Source: Chloroflexota bacterium
GTDB lineage: Bacteria; Chloroflexota; Dehalococcoidia; Lucifugimonadales; GCA-002723415
Assembly: GCA_002721445.1 (NCBI GenBank)
Contig: PBKN01000009.1
Span: 16,242 to 80,241, forward strand
Reading direction: 5' to 3'
Length of the DNA: 64,000 bases
Position 1 is the first letter of the stretch. Every line of letters starts with the position of its first letter. A program made the position numbers and the translations under genes. The notes under the pieces are model-generated. The model had not been told where the DNA came from and searched no databases. It saw only the letters and a list, made by a program, of their open reading frames with translations. Positions 47,877-58,070 of this stretch are shown in pieces.

Positions 47877-48890
47877 ATGGCAATAACAAAAGTAGGGATT
47901 AATGGATTTGGTAGAATAGGAAGACAAGTTCTAAGGGCAATTATGGAACGACAATCTAGTCAATTAGAAGTAGTAGCTATTAACGATTTAGCTGACACAC
48001 AAACGAATGCTCATATGTTTAAATATGATACAAATTACGGAGTATATCCAGGTGAAGTTAAACCTCAAGATGATAGTATAACTATTGATAATAAAAAAAT
48101 TCAAGTTCTTTCAAGTAGAAACCCTGAAGAATTAAATTGGGGTGAATTTGGAATAGATATTGTAATAGAATCAACAGGGTTTTTTACTGATGGAAATAAA
48201 GCAGCTGGCCATTTAAAGTCCGGACCTAAAAAAGTAATTATTTCAGCTCCTTCAACAAATGAAGATATTACATTGGTACTAGGAGTAAACGAAGACAAAT
48301 ATGATAAAAACAATCATAATATTATTTCAAATGCATCATGTACTACAAACTGTATAGCTACAATGGCAAAAGTAATTAATGATAATTTTATCATTAAAAA
48401 TGGATTGATGAGTACAATTCATTCATATACAAATGATCAAAAAATATTAGACCAAGTTCATTCTGATCTTAGACGTGCTAGAGCTGCTGCTGAAAATATT
48501 ATTCCAACAACAACTGGTGCTGCAAAAGCTGTAGCTTTAGTATTGCCTGAATTAAAAGGTAAAATCCATGGAATGGCTTTCAGAGTACCTACTTCTACAG
48601 TCTCAGTTACAGATTTTGTTGTAAATATAAAAAAAGAAACTACCGTAGAGGAAATTAATAAAGCCTATAAAGAAGCTCAATACACTAAATTAAAAGGGAT
48701 TTTATCTATTACTGATGAACCTTTAGTAAGTAGTGACTTTAAAAAAGACCCTCATAGTTGTGTTATTGATGGTTTGTCTACAATGGTGTTAGATAATAAT
48801 ATGATTAAAGTAGTAGGTTGGTATGATAATGAATGGGGCTATAGTTGTCGTACAGCCGATTTAGCAGCATATATTTCTAAATCTATATAA
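47877..48890 (+). CDS. gap: glyceraldehyde-3-phosphate dehydrogenase (type I)
   Basis: INGFGRIGR, SNASCTTNC, WYDNEWGYS. ATG 47877 is preceded by GGAGAG. Confidence 0.9.
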   Translation: MAITKVGINGFGRIGRQVLRAIMERQSSQLEVVAINDLADTQTNAHMFKYDTNYGVYPGEVKPQDDSITIDNKKIQVLSSRNPEELNWGEFGIDIVIESTGFFTDGNKAAGHLKSGPKKVIISAPSTNEDITLVLGVNEDKYDKNNHNIISNASCTTNCIATMAKVINDNFIIKNGLMSTIHSYTNDQKILDQVHSDLRRARAAAENIIPTTTGAAKAVALVLPELKGKIHGMAFRVPTSTVSVTDFVVNIKKETTVEEINKAYKEAQYTKLKGILSITDEPLVSSDFKKDPHSCVIDGLSTMVLDNNMIKVVGWYDNEWGYSCRTADLAAYISKSI

Positions 48891-48987
48891 TAAATTATAA
48901 TTTATATTTGCTTACCATTAATCAAAATAGTATAATTCGAGTTAAATGGTTCATTAATTATCTGATGAAGTTATTGGAGGTCTATTC

Positions 48988-49887
48988 ATGGTAGTAGAAA
49001 CAAAAACTGGAACTGGAACATGGGGCGTCAAAACCGGCCTTGCTCAAATGCTTAAAGGTGGAGTTATAATGGATGTTGTAACACCAGAACAAGCAAAAAT
49101 TGCTGAAGATGCAGGAGCATGTGCAGTAATGGCTTTAGAACGAGTCCCATCAGATATTAGAAAACAAGGTGGAGTTGCGAGAATGTCTGATCCAAGTATG
49201 ATTGAAGGCATTAAAAAAGCCGTAACTATACCTGTAATGGCTAAATCTAGAATAGGCCATTTTGTAGAAGCGCAAATATTAGAAGCTTTAGGTGTTGATT
49301 ATATAGATGAATCTGAAGTTTTAACTCCAGCAGATGAAAATAATCATGTATGGAAACATGATTTTAAAGTACCTTTTGTATGTGGATGTAGAAACTTAGG
49401 AGAAGCTTTAAGACGTATTGGTGAAGGTGCAGCCATGATCAGAACTAAAGGTGAAGCTGGTACAGGAAATGTAGTTGAAGCCGTAAGACATGCCCGATCA
49501 GTTTTAGGAGAAATAAAAAGGATCCAAGGTATGAATCTTGAAGAATTAATGGCTACAGCAAGAGATTTACAAGCTCCTTTTGATATAATTAAAGATATTC
49601 ATGATACTGGGAAATTACCAGTAGTTAACTTTGCAGCTGGAGGAATTGCTTCACCAGCAGATGCAGCTTTAATGATGCAAATCGGAGTCGAAGGTGTATT
49701 TGTAGGTTCTGGAATTTTTAAATCTGAAAACCCTCAAATTATGGCCCAAGCAATTGTCAAAGCAACAACTCATTTTAATGATCCTGATATATTAGCTGAT
49801 GTTTCTAGAGGACTAGGTGCATCTATGCCTGGATTAGATGTCAGAACAATGCCGGAAGAAGAACAATTAGCACAACGAGGTTGGTAG
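48988..49887 (+). CDS. pdxS: pyridoxal 5'-phosphate synthase lyase subunit
   Basis: [36 protein letters not shown]. Confidence 0.92.
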   Translation: MVVETKTGTGTWGVKTGLAQMLKGGVIMDVVTPEQAKIAEDAGACAVMALERVPSDIRKQGGVARMSDPSMIEGIKKAVTIPVMAKSRIGHFVEAQILEALGVDYIDESEVLTPADENNHVWKHDFKVPFVCGCRNLGEALRRIGEGAAMIRTKGEAGTGNVVEAVRHARSVLGEIKRIQGMNLEELMATARDLQAPFDIIKDIHDTGKLPVVNFAAGGIASPADAALMMQIGVEGVFVGSGIFKSENPQIMAQAIVKATTHFNDPDILADVSRGLGASMPGLDVRTMPEEEQLAQRGW

Positions 49888-49888
49888 A

Positions 49889-50461
49889 TTGACTCGAATA
49901 GGAGTATTGGCTCTTCAGGGCGATTTTTTTGAACATATTAAAATTCTTAGAAGCTTGGATGTAGATGCGCTCGAAATTCGATTACCGGCACAGCTAGATT
50001 CAATTGATGGTTTAATAATTCCAGGTGGTGAAAGTACTACTATAGTTCAGCTTATTGATATTTATAAATTCAGAGAAAAACTTATAAAAACAATTACTGA
50101 AGGATTACCAACCTGGGGAACTTGCGCAGGATTGATTGTTCTTGCAAAAAAATTAATGGACCATAGGCCCGATCCTCTTAAATTAATGGATATAACTGTA
50201 CAACGTAATGCATTTGGAAGACAAGTAGATAGTTTTGAATCGAATATAGATATTACAGGCGTTGAAGGACCTCCTTTTAATTGTATATTTATAAGAGCAC
50301 CTATTGTCACGCAAGTAGGAAAGAATACTGAGATTTTAGCAAAAGTTAACAATAATCGAGCAGTAGCCGTTAAAGAAAAAAATATATTAGGAACTTCTTT
50401 TCATCCAGAACTAACTAAAGATACAAGAGTACATGAATTATTTCTCAATATGACTCAATAA
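49889..50461 (+). CDS. pdxT: pyridoxal 5'-phosphate synthase glutaminase subunit
   Basis: IGVLALQGDF.EH, PGGESTT, WGTCAG, SFHPE. TTG start 1 nt after the pdxS stop. Confidence 0.9.
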   Translation: MTRIGVLALQGDFFEHIKILRSLDVDALEIRLPAQLDSIDGLIIPGGESTTIVQLIDIYKFREKLIKTITEGLPTWGTCAGLIVLAKKLMDHRPDPLKLMDITVQRNAFGRQVDSFESNIDITGVEGPPFNCIFIRAPIVTQVGKNTEILAKVNNNRAVAVKEKNILGTSFHPELTKDTRVHELFLNMTQ

Positions 50462-50490
50462 ATTACAGCTATATTTCAAAAATATAGGAG

Positions 50491-52044
50491 TTGAAATATC
50501 TATTGGAAAATCAATTAGAAAATAAAAAAGATTTACAAACTTTATTAAATTTACTTCCTAAAAATATATCTGAAAATATTTATAAAAATAAAGATTTAGA
50601 AGATTTATTAGAAGTAGTAATTGATATTGGTAGATACCCTGAAGCAAGATTTAGAACTGGCACTATAAATATTATCAATAATATTATAACTATAGATGAT
50701 ATAAACCATATATCTAATCAACTTGGCAAATTCAGTGATGATAATCGAGCAGGAATTGAAAAGACACTTCATAGAATATCAGCAATAAAAAACCGTAACG
50801 ATAAAATTATTGGCTTAACACTTAGAGTTGGAAGAGCAATTTATGGAACAATAAAAATTATTGAAGATCTAATACATAGTGGTAAAAGTATATTACTTAT
50901 TGGCAAACCTGGTGTAGGTAAAACTACTATGCTTAGAGAAATAGCAAGAGTTCTAGCAGATGAAGGCAAAAAAAGGGTTATAATCGTAGACACATCAAAT
51001 GAAATTGGAGGTGATGGAGATATCCCTCATAATGGAATAGGAAAATCTAGAAGAATGCAAGTATCAAGTCCATCATTACAACATTCAATTATGATTGAAG
51101 CTGTTGAAAACCACATGCCTGAAATAATTATTGTAGATGAAATTGGAAATGAATTAGATGCAATCGCAGCAAGAACAATAGCAGAAAGAGGAGTTCAGTT
51201 AATTGCTACTGCTCATGGTAATACATTGGAAAACTTAATGGCAAATCCAACTTTGACCGATCTAGTTGGAGGTCTGCAAGCAGTAACTCTTGGAGATGAG
51301 GAAGCAAAAAAAAGAAATTCACAAAAAACTATACTAGAGAGAAAATCGCCACCAACATTTGACATATTAATTGAAATTCACGGATGGACTGAAGTTGCTA
51401 TTTATGAAGATGTTAGTAAAATGGTTGACCAAACTTTACGTGGGAAAAAATTCAAACCAGAAGTAAGAAAAATCGATGAAAATGGAAATATAAATTCTAT
51501 AATATCTAATAACAACTTTATTGAAAAAGAAATTAATAGTAAAACAAACACAAATTATTTAAACAATGATACTGAAATAAAACCTGCATTAAAAATATTA
51601 CCTTATGGAATAAATAAAGGTAAGTTACAACAAGTTATAACTGATACTAAAGAAGATGTTGAAATAACAACTAATAATGATGAATATGACATACTTGTAA
51701 CAACCAAAAATTATTACCGCCGTAAAACAAAAACTTTATTAGCTGCTGAAAAAATTGGGAAGCCAATATATGTATTAAGAAGAAATTCTTATAATCAAAT
51801 ACAAACTTTATTTAATTCCTTATTTAAAAACAAACTAAAAAGTGATGAAAATATAAAAATCGGAATAGAAGAAGCTGAAATAGCTATCAACAAAATAGGT
51901 GATGGCCAAAATCAAATTAATTTAAATCCTCAAAGTGCATATATTAGATATCTACAACATGAAATAGCTGAAAAAAATGGATTAGACTCTTTTAGTACAG
52001 GGAAACCAACTAAAGGTAGATATGTAACAATTTATAAAGAATAA
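50491..52044 (+). CDS. AAA+ ATPase with C-terminal R3H nucleic-acid-binding domain (Ycf45/SpoIIIAA-like)
   Basis: GKPGVGKTT Walker A, IIVDEIG Walker B, TAHG. The C-terminal R..H....GL.S.S.G pattern is present (IRYLQHEIAEKNGLDSFSTG). The start is uncertain (TTG). Confidence 0.6.
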   Translation: MKYLLENQLENKKDLQTLLNLLPKNISENIYKNKDLEDLLEVVIDIGRYPEARFRTGTINIINNIITIDDINHISNQLGKFSDDNRAGIEKTLHRISAIKNRNDKIIGLTLRVGRAIYGTIKIIEDLIHSGKSILLIGKPGVGKTTMLREIARVLADEGKKRVIIVDTSNEIGGDGDIPHNGIGKSRRMQVSSPSLQHSIMIEAVENHMPEIIIVDEIGNELDAIAARTIAERGVQLIATAHGNTLENLMANPTLTDLVGGLQAVTLGDEEAKKRNSQKTILERKSPPTFDILIEIHGWTEVAIYEDVSKMVDQTLRGKKFKPEVRKIDENGNINSIISNNNFIEKEINSKTNTNYLNNDTEIKPALKILPYGINKGKLQQVITDTKEDVEITTNNDEYDILVTTKNYYRRKTKTLLAAEKIGKPIYVLRRNSYNQIQTLFNSLFKNKLKSDENIKIGIEEAEIAINKIGDGQNQINLNPQSAYIRYLQHEIAEKNGLDSFSTGKPTKGRYVTIYKE

Positions 52045-52075
52045 AAAATACAATTTTATTTGATAAGGAATAGAT

Positions 52076-52759
52076 GTGTCATACTTTATATCATTCGAAG
52101 GTGGAGAAGGTACAGGTAAGTCTACTCAAATAAAAATTTTAAAAGGAAAAATAGACTCATCGAATTATAAATGTTTAGTAATTCAAGAACCCGGTACTAC
52201 TCAATTAGGTAATAAATTACGTAATTTATTAAAAAAAGAAACTCCTAAAGAAGAATCAATAACTTATATGTCTGAATTATTGCTTTTCTCAGCCGCAAGG
52301 TCAGAATTAGTAACAAAAATAATAAAACCTAACTTAAAAAAAAATAATTTAATTATAATTGCTGATAGATATGTAGATTCAACTACAGCATATCAAGGGT
52401 TTGGTAGAAATTTAGATTTATCTGAAATTAAATTAATCAATAATATTGCCACACAAATGATATATCCAGATATAACATTCTTACTTGATTCAAACCCTAA
52501 AATTATGTCTCATAGAATAATGACAAAAGACAACCAAAGTAAAAATGTTACTCCAGAAAATATACGCAAAGACATAAAAGGTTCTAGAAAATTTGAAGAA
52601 GAACCTTTAGATTTTCACAATAGAGTGAGAAATGGATATTTAGAAATACTTAAGTCTTATCCTGGTAGGATAATTAAAATAGATGCTAATCAAGATAAAA
52701 ATATAATATCAAACTTAATTTGGCAAAATTTACAAAATAAAATTCCTAACCTCAAATAG
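52076..52759 (+). CDS. tmk: thymidylate kinase
   Basis: FISFEGGEGTGKSTQ P-loop, DRY..S..AYQG. GTG start. Confidence 0.85.
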   Translation: MSYFISFEGGEGTGKSTQIKILKGKIDSSNYKCLVIQEPGTTQLGNKLRNLLKKETPKEESITYMSELLLFSAARSELVTKIIKPNLKKNNLIIIADRYVDSTTAYQGFGRNLDLSEIKLINNIATQMIYPDITFLLDSNPKIMSHRIMTKDNQSKNVTPENIRKDIKGSRKFEEEPLDFHNRVRNGYLEILKSYPGRIIKIDANQDKNIISNLIWQNLQNKIPNLK

Positions 52760-52784
52760 TCCAAATTTAATTAACAAAGTCTTA

Positions 52785-53507
52785 TCAAGTAATTGGTTTA
52801 TCTTGTATAACCTTTAAAGGCGTTTCGACTACCATTTTATTAACTTTTTCCAAACCTATAATTTGTGATGCAAAATTTATACCATCATTCATTCTAGGAG
52901 AACGTTCACCTGAATCAGAATGTGTATCAGAAGAAATTATATTTACTAGGTCTTTATTCAACATATAAATTGATAATTCTTTAGCAATATCTCCAAAAAC
53001 CCCCAACAAACTTCCAGCAGTGATTTGAGTTAATAAACCTATTTTAATTAATTCATCCAAAGTTTTGATGTCTTTTTGAAACATTTCTATTCTTTCAGGA
53101 TGAGCTAATATAGGTTTCAATCCTAAATCAATCAACTTATACACTACTGGAAAAATATAATTAGGAGATCCAAAAAAAGGCATTTCAAGAAGCATATATC
53201 TAGTTCTATTAATTGTAATAGCAAATCCATTTATATAATCATCTACTAAATCTAAGCTCATATGATTTTCCATACCTAATAATAATTTAATTTCAATATT
53301 ATTTTTAAGAAATAAATTATTCAATTTTTTTGTTAAAAATAATATTTTGTTTAAAGAATGAAATTCTTTTACATCTTTTCTGTGAGGAGTTGCAACAAGT
53401 ACATGAGTGCCGCTTTCATATGCGATTTTACCCATTTGAAAAGATTCATCAATAGTTTCTGGACCATCATCTATTCCAGGTAAAATATGTACATGTAAAT
53501 CATACAT
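52785..53507 (-). CDS. PHP-domain protein-tyrosine phosphatase (CpsB/YwqE family)
   Basis: MYDLHVHILPGIDDGP, ATPH, AHPER, SDTHS. TGA stop. Confidence 0.75.
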   Translation of the reverse strand: MYDLHVHILPGIDDGPETIDESFQMGKIAYESGTHVLVATPHRKDVKEFHSLNKILFLTKKLNNLFLKNNIEIKLLLGMENHMSLDLVDDYINGFAITINRTRYMLLEMPFFGSPNYIFPVVYKLIDLGLKPILAHPERIEMFQKDIKTLDELIKIGLLTQITAGSLLGVFGDIAKELSIYMLNKDLVNIISSDTHSDSGERSPRMNDGINFASQIIGLEKVNKMVVETPLKVIQDKPIT

Positions 53508-53561
53508 TAATATATAAGATCTCTTTCAATCATTTTATAATACATTAATTATTAATAATGT

Positions 53562-53594
53562 TAATATCTAAGCTATATATATACTTAGATATTA
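53562..53594. promoter_or_regulatory. 11-bp inverted repeat (TAATATCTAAG...CTTAGATATTA) in a divergent promoter region
   Basis: Read directly: 53562..53572 pairs with 53584..53594 around a (TA)n core. It lies between the divergent cpsB-like and double-GNAT genes. Confidence 0.35.
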
Positions 53595-53630
53595 TGTATA
53601 CTCTTTTCATAATATATCTGGGAGAAAATT

Positions 53631-54542
53631 TTGACAATATCTTTAAACTTCAATTTATTTTCATGGGAAAATATCGATGATTATACTAACTTATCCAATA
53701 AAATAGATATAGAAAAGCATACTGGGTACAACCATAACTCTGACAATATTAAAGAAAAATTATCCTACCCTTCACTTAATCCTCAAAAAAATTTATTTAT
53801 TGTTTCAGATAGTAATTTTCAAAAAATTGGATACTTATTATTAATTGAAGAAAAAATAATTGACAGAGCTATAGTAGAAATTAAAATTTTAAAAAATTAC
53901 CAAAATGACTATGTTCAATCTGAATTTATAAAGAAATCAATAGAATTAACTAAATTATTATCAATAAAATACTTAAATATACAAATTCATGAATCTGACA
54001 ACTTAATGCAAATTTCTTTAAAGAATTATAAATTTAAAAAAATCAAAACATACTTCAATATGCAATTAATAAGCTTATCAAATATAAACTCAAAACTTCC
54101 AAATGGATTATATTTTTCAGAATTCAGATTAAATAAAGATGAAAAAGTACTTACTAATTTACAAAACACAATATTTAAAAATAGTTGGGGGTTTTGCCCA
54201 AATACGATAGAGGAAATATATTATAAAGTACGAATGCAAAACTCAAATCCAAATGGAATAATTCTAATAAAAAATAATTATGAACACATAGGTTATGTTT
54301 GGACAACAAAAGAAAACAAATTTGGTAAAATCTCAATGACAGGCATAATTCCAAAATTCAGATCCCTTGGAATAGGTAATAAATTAATCAGCAAAGGCAT
54401 AGAATATTTATTTAATAATAAATATTCTATAGTTAATCTAGAAGTAGATTCAGAAAATTTAAACGCAGTTCAATTATATAAGAAAATTGGATTTAATAAA
54501 TTGTCTGAAATATGGTGGTATGAAAAAAAATTAATAAGTTAA
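53631..54542 (+). CDS. tandem GNAT-domain acetyltransferase (MshD-like architecture)
   Basis: 303 aa. The C-terminal GNAT has RSLGIGNKLI and YKKIGF, and the N-terminal half is a degenerate GNAT. TTG start. Confidence 0.45.
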   Translation: MTISLNFNLFSWENIDDYTNLSNKIDIEKHTGYNHNSDNIKEKLSYPSLNPQKNLFIVSDSNFQKIGYLLLIEEKIIDRAIVEIKILKNYQNDYVQSEFIKKSIELTKLLSIKYLNIQIHESDNLMQISLKNYKFKKIKTYFNMQLISLSNINSKLPNGLYFSEFRLNKDEKVLTNLQNTIFKNSWGFCPNTIEEIYYKVRMQNSNPNGIILIKNNYEHIGYVWTTKENKFGKISMTGIIPKFRSLGIGNKLISKGIEYLFNNKYSIVNLEVDSENLNAVQLYKKIGFNKLSEIWWYEKKLIS

Positions 54543-55204
54543 TTTTTATCAATTTTAGATTTTAAATTATCTGGTATGACTATACCTCCTGAAAAAACTA
54601 ATTTCATAGCTTCCTCAACGTTTAAATCTGTTTCAAGTACATCTTTCTGAGGCACAAATGCTAAGTTTCCAGAAGTAGGATTAGGTACAGTTGGAACATA
54701 CACAACCAAAATTTCTTTATTTTTTTGATTGTCAAAAAATTGACCTGTTACAAAACCAATTGCCATATAGCCTTCTCTTGGCCATTCAATAAAAACAACT
54801 CTATTAAATCTATTTGTCACAGGGGCAGATAATGTTTCAGTTATTTGACGCATTAACCCATAAATTGTACCTACTAGAGGGATCCACATCAAAGTTGTTC
54901 TTTCTATTGCAGATATTCTGCGACCTAAACGACCTCCAACTATTAAACCAATTAGATAAAAAATAACGATAGAAATAATAACCCCTATCCCAGGAAAATC
55001 TAATCTTGTACCATTTATAAAAGGACTAAAAAATCCTCTATCACCTCTAAAAATGTCATCTACCGTATAAAATAAAAATAACAAAATTAAAATAGTTACT
55101 AACAAAGGAATCAAAATAATAAAACCAGCTAAAATTCTACTAAAAATATGAGACTCAAATTTACTAATAAAACTATTTTTTTTACCATTTTCTATTTCAT
55201 TCAT
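54539..55204 (-). CDS. DUF502 family membrane protein
   Basis: Two N-terminal TM helices. IPLVGTIY, then the conserved V.FI.WPR.G....GFVTG and VP..PNPTSG motifs. Confidence 0.6.
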   Translation of the reverse strand: MNEIENGKKNSFISKFESHIFSRILAGFIILIPLLVTILILLFLFYTVDDIFRGDRGFFSPFINGTRLDFPGIGVIISIVIFYLIGLIVGGRLGRRISAIERTTLMWIPLVGTIYGLMRQITETLSAPVTNRFNRVVFIEWPREGYMAIGFVTGQFFDNQKNKEILVVYVPTVPNPTSGNLAFVPQKDVLETDLNVEEAMKLVFSGGIVIPDNLKSKIDKN

Positions 55205-55211
55205 ATCAATT

Positions 55212-56408
55212 TCATTTCCTTGAAATTTCTTTATATAAATTAAACATACTTCTTCCGGATTTTGACCATTGATAATATTCAGCTTTTTTTCTACATTCTA
55301 TTGATGATTTCTTGATATTAATGTTTTTGAAAAAATATTCAATATAGGTTTTGAAACCTTTTGGACTTATATCATTAACTAAATAACCATTGACACCGTT
55401 ATCAATTAGGTTCGATAAACCACCAACATTAGATACAATCGCAGGAGTTCCACAGGACAATGATTCTAAAACTGACAATCCAAAACTTTCATAATATGAT
55501 GTCAAAAGAAATAAATCAGCTGCATTATAATAAATTGGTAAATTTGACTGGTCAACTATTCCTACAAAATCAACAATATGTGATTTGTTTTTATCAGCAG
55601 TATAATTCTGTAAATTAATTAAATCTTGGCTTTTATTTAGCTCACCTCCAACAATTATTAATTTAATGTTATAACTATCATTCAAATTAAAAACAGAATC
55701 TAACAAAGTATATAAACCTTTAATAGGGTCAATTCGTCCTACATAAAGAATAACATTATTATCATATAAGCCTAATGATTTCTTTGATTCAATTTTGTTC
55801 ATAGGCCTAAATAGTTCTAAATTGACACCTGGAGGAATAACTTTAATCTTTTCATCTAATATACCGTATAGTTTTCTAATATCCTCTAATTCAGATTTAG
55901 TTGAAACAATTATAGAATCAACTTTACTCATAGAATCTTTTTCAACTTCATATCTTTTATCATGTTCTACTATACTTGAAGAAGCTTTTAATTTAATTGC
56001 AGATAAAGTATGAAAAGTTATTACATTAGGTGTTTCCCATTTATCACTTAGAATATTAGCAACTGGGCCAGATAACCAATAATGACTATGGATTATATTA
56101 TATTTAATTTGTTCAAGTGAATTGAATTTGATGATATTATTTGTAAATTCATCGATAAAGTTATATAAATCATTATTATCATCCATTACAGGACCAGCAT
56201 CCAAATGAATAATTCTGATTTTTTCACTTATTTTAACTATAACAGGATCATTTAAATCATGTTTTCGAGTGAAAATATCTATATCATTATCTATATCTGC
56301 CAAAGCTGCCGCTAAGTTCATGATATAAACATTCATGCCTCCAACTTTATCTTCCCCAAGTTTACCCAAAGGACAAACATGCATGCTAACAAAAGCAATT
56401 TTTGCCAT
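55212..56408 (-). CDS. GT4 family glycosyltransferase, MshA-like N-terminus
   Basis: IAFVSMHVCPLGKLGEDKVGGMNVYIMNLA resembles the MshA HTSPL..PG..D.GGMNVYV motif. The C-terminal E..G....E motif is present (YESFGLSVLESLSCGTP). ATG 56408 has GGAG 5 nt upstream. Confidence 0.7.
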   Translation of the reverse strand: MAKIAFVSMHVCPLGKLGEDKVGGMNVYIMNLAAALADIDNDIDIFTRKHDLNDPVIVKISEKIRIIHLDAGPVMDDNNDLYNFIDEFTNNIIKFNSLEQIKYNIIHSHYWLSGPVANILSDKWETPNVITFHTLSAIKLKASSSIVEHDKRYEVEKDSMSKVDSIIVSTKSELEDIRKLYGILDEKIKVIPPGVNLELFRPMNKIESKKSLGLYDNNVILYVGRIDPIKGLYTLLDSVFNLNDSYNIKLIIVGGELNKSQDLINLQNYTADKNKSHIVDFVGIVDQSNLPIYYNAADLFLLTSYYESFGLSVLESLSCGTPAIVSNVGGLSNLIDNGVNGYLVNDISPKGFKTYIEYFFKNINIKKSSIECRKKAEYYQWSKSGRSMFNLYKEISRK

Positions 56409-56434
56409 ATAAACTCCAACAATTTTCAACTAAT

Positions 56435-57406
56435 TTAGCGGGTAACTGAAATTTGATAAATTTTTTCATCTTCACCTCCTAAAGAATATTTATACCTTTC
56501 AGCACCTCTTAAAAAGTTAAATTTATCATATTTCAATTCAATAGAGTCTTTAATACAAAGAGCTTTATTAAGCAACCCAACGCTTAAATTTGAATAATTA
56601 GGATCATAACCACTGTTATACAACCAATAAACATTATTATAATCAAAACATATACATGCAGCTACTTTTATACTCTCTATCTCCATGAAATAAAGTTTTA
56701 ATCTATTTTGAAGAAATAATTCTTTACATATATTAGTAAAAAATAATTGACGTTCTTTAGTCAGAAATTCGGATTTGTCATGGCTACTAAGTTTCAACAG
56801 CCGAAAAAATTCTTCTAAATCAGAATCAAATTTCAATTTATCATTAGAAAAGTATTGTTTTAAACTGCTTGTTTCATTAAGTCGTCGAAATTTTCTTTTA
56901 AGCTCATGCCTTCTCTTTTTATTTAAACTTCCTAAGTATTCTTCCCAATTGTTATGTAAATTCAACACTGGAACAGAATCTTCTTCTAATATATCAATTT
57001 TCATAGTATGATCATTTAAATTTTTTAAAAAATTTAAAAATTTAGAATCGCTTGGTAAAGATTTAAATATAGATTGGTTCCAATCAAGGTTTTTAATATA
57101 TTCCCATAAATTTTCATATGCAATATCTGCGTAATTAACTATAAAAACATCATGGTAATCAAATAAATCAGTATCACCTATAAATTTTAAACATTTATCT
57201 TTAATCATTAATGGAGCTACACCAATTAACTTATCCCCATTGTTAACTGATAAAAGTTTTAATTCAGATTGGTATGAAAAAGAATTCCACCATAATTTAT
57301 GCCATATTGGAGTAAAAAAAATATTTTTATTTTCATATCTATTTAATAACAAATCCCATTCATTAAAAAAATCATTAAAATTTTCTTCAAATATTTTTAT
57401 ATTCAT
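56435..57406 (-). CDS. GNAT-fold acyltransferase (CelD/BioF2-like, FemAB-related)
   Basis: 323 aa. The C-terminal pattern LYNSGYDP....SVG..L........FNFLRG...YKY..G is typical of the Acetyltransf_6 family. Confidence 0.5.
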   Translation of the reverse strand: MNIKIFEENFNDFFNEWDLLLNRYENKNIFFTPIWHKLWWNSFSYQSELKLLSVNNGDKLIGVAPLMIKDKCLKFIGDTDLFDYHDVFIVNYADIAYENLWEYIKNLDWNQSIFKSLPSDSKFLNFLKNLNDHTMKIDILEEDSVPVLNLHNNWEEYLGSLNKKRRHELKRKFRRLNETSSLKQYFSNDKLKFDSDLEEFFRLLKLSSHDKSEFLTKERQLFFTNICKELFLQNRLKLYFMEIESIKVAACICFDYNNVYWLYNSGYDPNYSNLSVGLLNKALCIKDSIELKYDKFNFLRGAERYKYSLGGEDEKIYQISVTR

Positions 57407-57407
57407 T

Positions 57408-57965
57408 TCAGCTCGATATTAAAGAGAAAAATTCATCTCTAAATTTAGAATCGCTTTTCATTAACCCTGATGCTTTGGAAGTTACTATTTTACTACCTGG
57501 TTTTTTAATACCTCTTAAAGACATACATAAATGTTCAGCTTCTATTATTATGGCAACACCTTTCGGATTAATAGTATTATTCAATGTTTCAACAAATTCG
57601 TTGGTTAATCTTTCTTGTATTTGAGGTCTTCTTGCTAATATATCTAATGATCTAGATAATTTGCTAGCTCCTACAACTCTACCATTTGGAATATAACTTA
57701 TATGAGCTATTCCATAGAAAGGTATAAAATGATGTTCGCATATAGAAAAAAATTGCAAATCTTTTATTAATACAATGTCGTCATAGGATTCTTCAAAATT
57801 AGTTAATAAAACTTCAGCAGGATCTTCATTTAAACCAGAAAAAAATTCTTCATACATTTTTGAAACACGTTTGGGTGTATCTATTAATCCTTCACGACTA
57901 GAATCATCACCAATTGCATGAATAATATTTTTTACAGCTTTTTCAATTTCTTTTTTATTAATCAA
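57408..57965 (-). CDS. folE: GTP cyclohydrolase I
   Basis: DTPKRV.KMY.E.F.G, SICEHHFIPF, RPQIQERLT. Confidence 0.88.
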   Translation of the reverse strand: MINKKEIEKAVKNIIHAIGDDSSREGLIDTPKRVSKMYEEFFSGLNEDPAEVLLTNFEESYDDIVLIKDLQFFSICEHHFIPFYGIAHISYIPNGRVVGASKLSRSLDILARRPQIQERLTNEFVETLNNTINPKGVAIIIEAEHLCMSLRGIKKPGSKIVTSKASGLMKSDSKFRDEFFSLISS

Positions 57966-58070
57966 TGACTACCTATGTTCTAATATCTAGTAATACAAAT
58001 AATGATATTTTTATTATATAATAATTAAGCAAAGATTTGATATATATACAGTCCTGTTTTGGAGTAGTAA

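Noticed and set aside
57966-58070. A possible ZTP/THF-type riboswitch in the divergent folE-glyA intergenic region, and a possible T-box upstream of thrS (36706..36736).
   Set aside because: The folE-glyA spacer is almost pure A/T, with no GC-paired helices. The thrS leader is only 31 nt, too short for a T-box.
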